Source: Epiperipatus broadwayi (Eukaryota > Animalia > Onychophora). From it: a stretch of DNA of 64,000 nt. Position numbers and translations under genes: made by a program. The stretch lies in the NCBI GenBank assembly GCA_028023455.1, contig JAQFVV010000005.1, positions 10,478,001 through 10,542,000 of the forward strand, read 5' to 3'. Positions within the stretch are counted from its first letter, which is position 1. Each line of letters starts with the position of its first letter. The notes under the pieces were generated by a model. The model saw nothing but the letters and a program-made list of their open reading frames with translations, ran no database searches and was not told the DNA's origin. Below, one piece after another: positions 54,992 through 64,000 of the stretch.

Positions 54992-55417
54992 TTTAATTCT
55001 TCTTTTGATTTCATTTCTCTCAAAGAAGACAACCTTAGCTTCATCAAAATCAATAGTGTGGCCTGTATCTTTTTCATGGACATACAAAACAAAACTAAGA
55101 TATCTTTTTTTTTCATATGTCATAGCATCACCCGGGACGCAAACCCACAACCGTCTGCAACCAACTACTTGCTTGCAAAGCGGCTGCGATGACCTCGGCA
55201 AGCGTTATCCGAGAGATCATCGCAGCCGCTTTGCAAGCAAGTAGTTGGTTGCGGACGGTTGTGGGTTCGCGTCCCGGGTGATGCTATGACATGAAAAAAA
55301 AATAGCTATCTTAGTTCTGTTTTGTATGTCCATGAAAAAGATACAGGCCACACTATTGATTTTGATGAAGCTAAGGTTGTCTTCTTTGAGAGAAATGAAA
55401 TCAAAAGAAGAATTAAA
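54992..55417. repeat. Palindrome centred on the 5' end of a tRNA-SINE inserted in the PLE
   Basis: Arms 54992-55198 and 55209-55417 around a 10-nt loop; TSD-like aaaaatagatatctt (54979-54993) and aaaaatagctatctt (55298-55312). Confidence 0.88.
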
Positions 55418-55555
55418 CAGTCTTTATTATTGAAAATTTATTATTCTGAAGCAATTAACTTATTTAAGAGTTCTTTTAATATTAAGGGTGGATTGGAAGT
55501 GAATGGATTTGTGGGTAGTTTTTAATATTATATAGTGTAGTTTTTGTAGTTCTTT

Positions 55556-55599
55556 ACACTTGAGAAGTCTTCTTGTAGCAGTGAAACCTTAGGTTGTGT
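55556..55599 (+). ncRNA. Hammerhead with U3-A8 core variant (right arm)
   Basis: ACAC-UUGAGAA-GUCUUC(UUGUA)GCAGU-GAAA-CCUUAGG-UU/GUGU; perfect 4-bp stem I, one stem II mismatch. Confidence 0.55.
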
Positions 55600-58576
55600 T
55601 TTAATATTATTTTTATGCTGGTCTGGTTTAATTTTGGATTTGGGGTAGTTTTGATTTTATATATATATACACACCTTCATAGTTAATTAGGGATCTCGCA
55701 ATAAATTATTTTATAACAAATCATTTAATACAACCAATATTTTAGGAAATAATATTGTATATATATATACTATTAGATTAATAAACTGTAATGGATTGTT
55801 TTAAATGTAAATTAAATAATAGTATAATGTAATTTGTAGTCAAGTGACAGGGATAAGGTGAGGTCAAGTTAAGTAGCCATAGAAACAGTGTGGAAATAGA
55901 ACTACGATTTTATTATTATTTTATCAATAAAGTGTTTTTAAACAATAGGCAGCTGAAGATCTATATCTAGGCACACGAACTGCATAAAAACAAACATTTT
56001 TAAAAAATCGTTCTTGTCAATAATACTCCAGCTATAACAACAATTAAATTAAAATTTCAAACGCCAAAATAGAGTTTTTTTTTTTTTATTTGAATTATAG
56101 AAGTTTTTAAATTCAAATATTGTACCTTAAATTTTGTCAAATTCAACAGAAAAAGCGGGAAATAGAAAGAACAATTTATAGATTTTTGGTATAATTAAAT
56201 CATGTTTTAATAGTGACTGAAAGAATTTTAAGTCTTTTTAAAAAAAACGAAAATTAATTCTGCTAATCATAGGAAGCAAAAATGAAATCTCTATTAATAT
56301 ATATATATGTACAATTTCTTCTATATTATCCTTCATAATTTATGATTATAAATAATTATTTAATAGTAATTCAAGATGGAAATGGGATAAAGAAAAACAT
56401 GCTATTGTGTTATCGTGCCACACATCGTTATTCCCTAACAAGGTTGCATAAGACCTATTTTCATTCTACTTTATTGTAAAACATGAGAGGATGCCTGCAG
56501 TCCAAAGTAAATAAGCATTGGAATATTTAAAGGTGAATCAGTTAAGGATTGAAATATTTACTATACCCAATGACAGGAGACACCACTGTGTAATCTATCC
56601 TTGCCAAGGAAAATGATTTGCTGAGTTAAACTGTTGTTGGAAAGTAACATGCATAACCATCAACTATTACTAGGATGATTTTATGAAATATGTTCCAACT
56701 AATATTTTAATCAAGAAATTAATGCTATAAATTTTTGTTTGATTTTTCTTATCTATGTTGTATTTTCACACTCCAATGGGACACTTCACAATTTATGATG
56801 CTAGAAACCTCATTTGTCAGAGTTACCAGGGAAGAAAAGGGGGTGATAATTAACTTAGATTTTTTTATTTTATTTTATTGTAAATAAAATCTACGTCAGC
56901 TCAGTTTCCACATGCTTCACATCAGGTTATCCATGTACATAGTAAGGTAAGATTCCCATTTAATTTTTCAGATTAAATCACAGCACTTGTACAGAATTCA
57001 CATATATTTTATTTTGTTGATTAACCATTGTTATATATTTTTCAGTGTGATTGACTAATCAACTAGTGTAAATTCATCTACCTATCATATATATAAACTT
57101 AGATTGGGGGGACCTAACCCAAAGAGATTGCTTTGCAGAAATCAGATGTATAATTTAGCCAGTCAGCATTATCAACCATTTTAAATTATTGTTTATTTTT
57201 CTTGTATAGTTCATGATTTGTAAATAATGAGTGTCATAGATGGATTTCTACCATGGGGTAAAAGGGATGGAACCAGAGAATTATTAGCTAACAGAATGGT
57301 AAAAATTCACATGTGACACACGTATGTATTATTATTACTATTGTTATAATACTATATCTTCATTTATCATTGTCAATAAATGTTTAAGTGTTTATATTAT
57401 TCTGGTCTCTGGTTTATTGAGTTGTCCTGACATTCCACAGTTAACAAACAATTATGCATGCACACACATCTATTTTCTTATCATATAATCTATAGCGCAT
57501 CAAATATTTTAAATGTTAGTTGTAACCTATATAGAGGTGCAGGAGTTGCTTTGTGTATCTGTTCATACCTGTTAAGGAAGTCAAAGGCAATATTCTCCAT
57601 GGGCTCGAATATCAGGGCATAACGGAATCAGAAAGACATAAAAAGTGGATGAACTAACCTAAATTGCATCTAATATTATTAAATGGGTATAGAGCTAGGC
57701 AATTAAAAGTATGTGCAATCTGGTTAGGCATTTCATCAGGTTTTTATCAGTATCCTGCCCGAAGACCCAGAGTCTGACTGTAGTTAAATGCAACTTTTTC
57801 CCTTTCCAAGCTTGGTAGAACTCTGCAGACCATGTCATCAGGGTCAATAAATCAGGGCACATGGAACCATGGTCTCCAGATTGCTACATCTGCATAGTAT
57901 CATAGTCCACAGGTTATTTTTACTGTCTGTTACATCTAGTGTGTGGGCAGGTACGAATCCAGGCATTTTTACCGTCCATTACAATAGGAAGATGTATTTC
58001 CCTGTAGTAAAACAAATTATTAGTTGTATTGATTTGAGGATATATAATATACTTTTTGCAATTCATCAAAGTGAATTAAAATATTTATAAAAGCTTTATA
58101 ATTTGAATCGGTTGTTTTCAATTCCCTGGTGTTAGCCGAGTGATGTCGCTATTTCTAAGTCAATTCCTAGAAATATACTGTTTTACTGGCATTCACCCAA
58201 CAAAAGAGGAAATTTTCTACGTTAAAAGGCAAAAAGGGTCCTCACGTTATGTTGGACGGTGACAGAAGCCAACACAAAGAGACTTCTATGATAAAACACA
58301 GAAAGAGTTCCCGATGGCTGCCAGTTATGGCTTTTTTCTATGCTAAAAGCAAAGAGACATGCCTTTATGGGCTGCTGTAGTTGATTTTGTTATTCATTTT
58401 ATCTATTTTCTCTATAGTTTCGTGTGAGAGTGTGTATTTGAGACGGTCATAGTTTTTTAAAATTTCATTACACATTTTTTTTTAATGTGCTGTAACTTAC
58501 TTTAGTGTTGTAAGTTTATTAATAATGACGTGAAGGTTCTATTACGAATGTGTAACCCTCAAAAAGTTATTTTGAA

Positions 58577-58790
58577 GGGTACATGACGGCAGTTATTTGA
58601 CAATCACGCAACATAATGTTCTCACAAGAATTCATTCAATAACAAGTAAGATGGCCGCCTCTAACTCAGAGTATTTGAAGCTGTGGCAATTGCCATCAAC
58701 TGAAGCCACCACTGTGGCATTTTTACAAAATAAAAAATATCCTGTTGGAACACAAGGTGTGTCTTTGTGATGAGGAAATGCAAATTCAGG
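58577..58790 (+). mobile_element. Merlin (IS1595/ISXO2-like) transposon, 5' part
   Basis: ATG at 58651: MAASNSEYLKLWQLPSTEATTVAFLQNK, then after a frameshift ..EHKVCLCDEEMQ, resembling Merlin N-termini; GG-starting putative TIR at 58577. Confidence 0.55.
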
Positions 58791-59095
58791 CTAATAAAGA
58801 TCTGAGAACTTTCATTTTAACATTCTACCCATAATCTTATTCTAAGAATTGAGTGTATACAAGTTATTGCCCTGAACTTCGAATAGGTATATTTATGAGA
58901 ATGGGGCTAAATCCCATCTCAAGCGCCAGTCTTATCAATTAATAAGAATTATATCCTTCGAAAACAAAAAAAAAGGTTCTAGTGGACACTCTTTGGGTAT
59001 CTTATCCAGACTAGCTCAATCTCAAGGTCTGGGGAACAATGTCTATTGGGAGAACAAAGCTAAGGTGATCTTATGAAGAGATGTCATATATATAT

Positions 59096-61655
59096 TGTAA
59101 CGGTCAGAAAACCTGTAATTCGTTAACATAGTGCAGAATACAACCACCACACAGAACTGCAGCACCATCTAGATAGTGAAGCTACCCGTAGTACTGAGTT
59201 CGAACATAGTTTATCGGTTCCACAATACAATCTACGAAAAAATGCATCTGATGTGACATTAGTAAACATTTCTTTAGGCACGGTGGTCAGGGATGTTGCA
59301 AGGGATTCGTGATTTTATTTTCGAGTTAGCCAATAATAACACTAATATTAATTAAACACTTATATTTACAAATCGAGGAAATATATAGAATGGGTATCGA
59401 ATAAATAAAACATAACTGCAGATGTATAGTTTGAAATTATTTATTGAAACATTTTAATAAATTATTTAACTGATAATATTTAAATTGAGTAATGGAATTT
59501 TCCGATACTATTATATTCAAGAAATACATTTATTGATTTAGTAACATTTATATGAAATCATTTTATCAATAATACTTTTCAAGATCTCAGTAGCGGTATT
59601 TCCGATACTGTTCATGTTTACAAAGAGAAATACATTTATTTGATGAAGTAATCTAGCTACCTAAAATTCTTGAGCAAGTATTTCCAAGGCATGCCTTTAG
59701 GGATTTATACCTTTACAATGCAAGAGTCTAAAATAAGATTTATAATAGTAGCAGTGGACATATATTTATTTAATTAAAATATTCATTAATAACTAAGGGC
59801 AAACATTTATTTGAGAGTCAATTATGAAGATAATGCAGGGACAGAGTGATACATAGAATAATAAAGTTAGTTAAAGAAACACGTACGTTTTAGAAAGGCG
59901 ATATGGAATGGCAGTATATTGAAACTGCAAAGCCGTGAATGAGTTTATAAGAATGACGGTCTGGCATTTGCCATCAGCCCATTGAGGTAAGGTGTCACAT
60001 AAGCATAACCAGGGACAAGCGGTTCGTGCCGTGATTGCCTGCTGGCTGTGTGACTTTCGTCAAGGCCTACGGGAGCATTTATTATGTCCGCTTGTGTAGG
60101 ACGACTAAGGTTAATTTCAACCCTATTGAATCTGGAATATTCAAGGCTTGGAATGGGTCATCGCGTTTCTAAAACGTAACACATGTATAATGTATAGACG
60201 ATTCTGGTAAGATTTAAATATATTTTCTAACTTGGCCCTACATTATCAACATTTAATAAAGAACATTGGCGACTCTCAAAGAAATGCAATTTATGGAATT
60301 ATTAATTAAGATTTAATAAATATAAAACATAAACTGGGTGATTATTACAACTAATACGCCAGCCATTTGCTAAGTAGTAGACCCCTGCATTACAATAAAT
60401 GAAGCATTGAATGCGTGTCGATTTATATGAAAATATTGTTATTTATGAAAGTAAATATTAATGAAAATTTGACACGCATCCACTGTTTCAAGCGATCATA
60501 GATTTATACTTAGAAAATTATGAGCATGCGATAATTATATAATAAAATGTAGATTTTAGAAATACACACCCAAGAAAGTTAGAGTTAGGCAGGCTAGACT
60601 ATTAAAGAACTTTACATTAAAAAAATTTAATAATTAATTTGTTTTACAAACGAGAATTTACAGTTTATAAGTTAGATAAAGAATGAATAAGCTATAGCGG
60701 GATATTAGTAGAGTACTCTAGAGAATTTGGACACAGGTACCTGTTTATGAGAAGTTTTCCGATTCGGTGATCAGTAGCAAATTGTTCATGATTCTAGCAT
60801 TAGCAGTTCTTTCCTGTATTTAGGTGGTTTGTGTAATTTAACAGCAGCTTTCAAATTATTTTAGGCAGCAGATCTTTGTGGTTGAATTTATGAAGGGCAA
60901 TGGAAGGTTTGGCATCCAATAGGCCATCTCCGGGCGGAGAATAGTCTGGGCGCTTTTACTCGATCATACCATGGCAAGAAAAATTTATTTAATATTTGGA
61001 GACTCTCCTGATCGAGAGCAAAATTAAAGTGAAAGTTTTTAGCAAGTCTAAAATGGCCTTTTTTCTTAGATCTTATCTTTCACATTTTTGTCATAGTTTA
61101 TTTTTGGATTCCACTTAATCTGCCCTGAGGATAATCAATGCATTTTTGTTAATTCTAATTATAGAGAAATCTGCCTTTTTATTGTTTACATTTACATTTT
61201 ACATTTAATTTTTATAATTACATTTTAGGGAATTTTTCTTTTTTAATTAATCTATTATCTCTCACCGACCAATGCTTTTAAAATTTCAAAGACAAAAAGG
61301 GAACATACGATTATTTTTACTTTTAATTAAATATTACAATCTATTTCTAAAATTATTACTAAATGAAATTTAAACAAAGCAATAACTAACGAATTTTACA
61401 ATTCAAAATAAATGATTAAAATTATATATTTTTATATAACTAAAAGAAGAAATCTAAATTATATTTATTGCCTTAAATTTGAGATCGAAATGTGTGCATG
61501 TTTATGTTGAATTCTACATATATCTATACATTTTTAATATTGCTACACACACAATTCGATACCAAAAAGTTTAAATTTGGGTAGGATAGACCGGTGAGTG
61601 AGAGACGATAGAAAGAGGTGAAACTTAAGATTCGAATACGAATCTTACTGTTTCA
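59096..61655 (+). mobile_element. 2.56-kb TG...CA-bounded non-coding element, copy B
   Basis: Starts TGTAACGGTCAG, ends TTACTGTTTCA; atatat on both flanks; homologous to 7756-10478. Confidence 0.58.
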
Positions 61656-61838
61656 ATATATATATCTTGTTATAATTTCTATCTGCCCACAAATCCTATT
61701 ACAAATAGCCCAGAAGTTATAAGAATCCCAGAATGCAAATAATACACAAGTTATAATAAATATAGCTTTAAATTCTCACTATATGTAAAATATATAATTG
61801 TTAGTTAGAGAAGATATTAATTAGTATTAAAGTTTATC

Positions 61839-61879
61839 GGCTTAACGTTTTCGAGGATCCATGCCTCATATTCATAGCC
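61839..61879 (-). ncRNA. Hammerhead with A3-U8 core variant
   Basis: GGCU-AUGAAUA-U-GAGG(CAUGGAU)CCUC-GAAA-ACGU-UA/AGCC. Confidence 0.62.
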
Positions 61880-62117
61880 TTCATAAAATGTATAATGCTA
61901 AACAATCTGGACACAACTTCACACCCGCCAATCCCATAATATTGTGCTCAGAATCAAATGATCACAAAGGTAAAATAAAGGAGGCATTTTACATCAATGG
62001 AAACATCCATGCCATTAATAGAAAGGACACTTGCTTCGAGATCTCGAAGAAATGGGCTATGTAATACTAGCTTATTTGAATATTTGTATTTGCATATTTT
62101 ATTATACATTTTATGAT

Positions 62118-62158
62118 GGCTATGAATATGAGGCATGGATCCTCGAAAACGTTAAGCT
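62118..62158 (+). ncRNA. Hammerhead with A3-U8 core variant (second arm)
   Basis: GGCU-AUGAAUA-U-GAGG(CAUGGAU)CCUC-GAAA-ACGU-UA/AGCU. Confidence 0.62.
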
Positions 62159-63659
62159 GATAAACTTTAATACTAATTAATATCTTCTCTAATTAACAAG
62201 TTATAATTAAATTCTAAGATTTATTAACACACGTATACATATCTCAATATCTTAAGCATACAACTCATTCATTCCGATACACACATATATATAAGATTAA
62301 TATACATATTAACGAAAGAGTGCAATTACATGTCAGAGTTGGTTCATCAAATGATTTAAGAAATTCTTAATTACTTTCTTTAACTTGGAATAACACATTT
62401 CTTAATCTATTACTAAATGTTCATTGAACATACATTGAGAAAAGGTCAAGGTTACCTCGGTTAAGAGTGAATGTTCACATGGTCAAGGCTAATGATCTGT
62501 AAGCTTACAGTCTTGAAAGGATGCTGGTTTTAGTGAGAGTTGATCTGAACAATGATGACAGACTCCGAAATATCTTACACAAAATAATCCATCTTAGAGG
62601 TTAAGTAGATGATTTTTTACTTGTTGTGGGAGGTTCTAGCTGTTTGGAGTTCCTTGGCCATTACACTTGATTGAATAAACAGCAAATCTCTATAAAGTTC
62701 AGGCAAGTCCCACAATAGCTGTACACTGAGCCAGTCTAACAAACCGGTACGATTATATTTACCCCTGCATTTCGATGGAGTATACTAATAAATTTTTATT
62801 AATTAAAATAATAACGTTAATATGTTTTACTTTCCCGTTTCTTTCTTATTACTGTATCTTTTTGAATTCCCGACTAAATCACTAAAAATATATATATATA
62901 TAGTTCTTTAATGTTCTTTCACCTCACCTTTCTTTCATCTATTCATGCACTGATGACCAGATCTCAAGAATGCTTTTAGCTTCCATTGTTCTAAAATACT
63001 AATTTGACCAGTTCTTATAATTCCGGTGGACAGAGTCATTAACTGAAACCACCCGCAGCACAACTTTCAATTCTATTTATTACTCTCCAGCCTTATATGT
63101 TTAATGGGTTTTCATTAAGAAATGTGCTACCACTGACATTATTTAAATCTATAGCTTACATCAATAAACAACAAAATATATATATAAACACATAAAAAAA
63201 TAACTGCACATAATCGCTTCTCTACATCCTCATAAATAACACATACAACAAATATATATATATATACGTATACATTCATGCCTTTAACTGGTTAACGTAT
63301 TCCATTCATACTCTTGGAACAGGGTTTGAATGACTAATTTTTCCCACGTCTACCTATTTAATTAATATCAACACTCCCAATTAACACTTTATAATTATTA
63401 TTACCCTTTACTCACTTTAGCACCCATATTCGAACCCAGCTACTGTTACATACCTGGTGCAATAGCCTTCAAATACTCTCTGTATTTGAATGTCTTCTTA
63501 AACACCTTATCTTTTATCGTACCACCTTTCTGCTTCGGTGGCCACAGCCGGTCCCTTGATCATAATTTGACTTGTCTGGTGGACGTCAAACTTCTGGCTC
63601 ATACTGCCATCTCGGTCTGTAACTATCGTCACCTCTTTTTCTATATGTTGCATGCCCAT

Positions 63660-63962
63660 CAGAATGTCCTTCCACCATCTACTCCGACTGCTGGAAAGGT
63701 TATAAAACATCTGATCTGGAAGCAGCAGGAGTTAAACATCTGTGTAAACCACTGCTACAACTTTGTGGATCCTAACACAGGTACGCCTACCCAAAGCATT
63801 GAGTGTTCATGGGGCTGCCTCAAATCCCAAAAGAGAAAACAGTGTGAGACACACAGGTGATGCATGGATGATTACTTGTGTGAGTTCCTTTGGCGACATC
63901 TTCACAAGGGTGAAGATGTTTTTAGTGCGATCTTGTTTGAGATGCAACTAATTACAAAGTAA
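63660..63962 (+). pseudogene. Merlin transposase, 3' part
   Basis: YSDCWKGY..DLEAAGVKH, VNHCYNFVDPNTGTPTQSIECSW, DDYLCEFLWR...DVFSAIL; frameshifts and one stop. Confidence 0.85.
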
Positions 63963-64000
63963 TTGTTGACTGTTCAATTTTTTTTTGTTAATATGTTCTC

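Larger units (their letters stand above)
52822..55662. mobile_element. Penelope-like element arranged as a large inverted duplication
   Basis: Minus arm 53948-52822 (RT, GIY-YIG, 3' UTR) and plus arm 54246-55662 are reverse complements with scattered differences; about 300-bp spacer continues the RT. Confidence 0.92.
61758..62195. mobile_element. Short Penelope-like fold-back insertion with GIY-YIG C-terminal fragment
   Basis: 99-bp inverted arms at 61798-61896 and 62101-62199; body translates HNF...IL..E....GKIKEAFYI...INRKD; 12-bp direct repeat acaagttataat at 61746-61757 and 62196-62207. Confidence 0.82.

Noticed and set aside
57520-58070. GC-richer segment with coding-like minus-strand frames
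   Set aside because: Stops in all frames and no motif I recognise; probably an old TE fragment.
282-62199. All fold-backs explained as amplification or assembly chimeras
   Set aside because: The arms have diverged (including CpG transitions), several are bracketed by target-site duplications, and the tail lengths are consistent. Raw reads should still be checked.
63507-63710. Minus-strand ORF with VTIVTD, resembling Gypsy RNase H
   Set aside because: Partly overlaps the clearer plus-strand Merlin sequence; a single short motif is not enough.
1-64000. CRISPR arrays, rRNA genes or functional tRNA genes
   Set aside because: No regularly spaced repeat-spacer array or rRNA-like sequence was seen; the tRNA-like sequences have poly(A), TSDs and a broken anticodon stem.

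Overview
Very AT-rich eukaryotic (probably invertebrate animal) DNA made mostly of decayed transposons around one clear host gene, a tandem C2H2 zinc-finger ORF at 50370-51740. Recognisable elements: two large Penelope-like elements (PLE; RT + GIY-YIG; 11.7-13.5 kb and 52.8-55.7 kb) and two small PLE remnants (34.5 kb, 61.8 kb); a full-length but frameshifted L1/Tx1-type LINE (16.7-22.7 kb); a tRNA-derived SINE; a Gypsy gag/LTR remnant; hAT and other MITEs; a Merlin transposase split by about 5 kb of nested insertions; and two diverged 2.6-2.7 kb TG...CA elements. The strongest unannotated signal is about a dozen minimal type-I hammerhead ribozyme motifs read by eye. They belong to several families and show three different Watson-Crick pairs at core positions 3-8 (C-G, U-A, A-U). 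Two non-coding, retrozyme-like elements carry tandem ribozymes spaced 456 and 482 nt apart. These elements share one end structure with the coding PLEs (inverted arm plus an unpaired 3' tail, often with 12-17 bp direct repeats), which suggests a PLE-driven retrozyme system. All structures and alignments were done by hand; ribozyme activity and novelty are untested.
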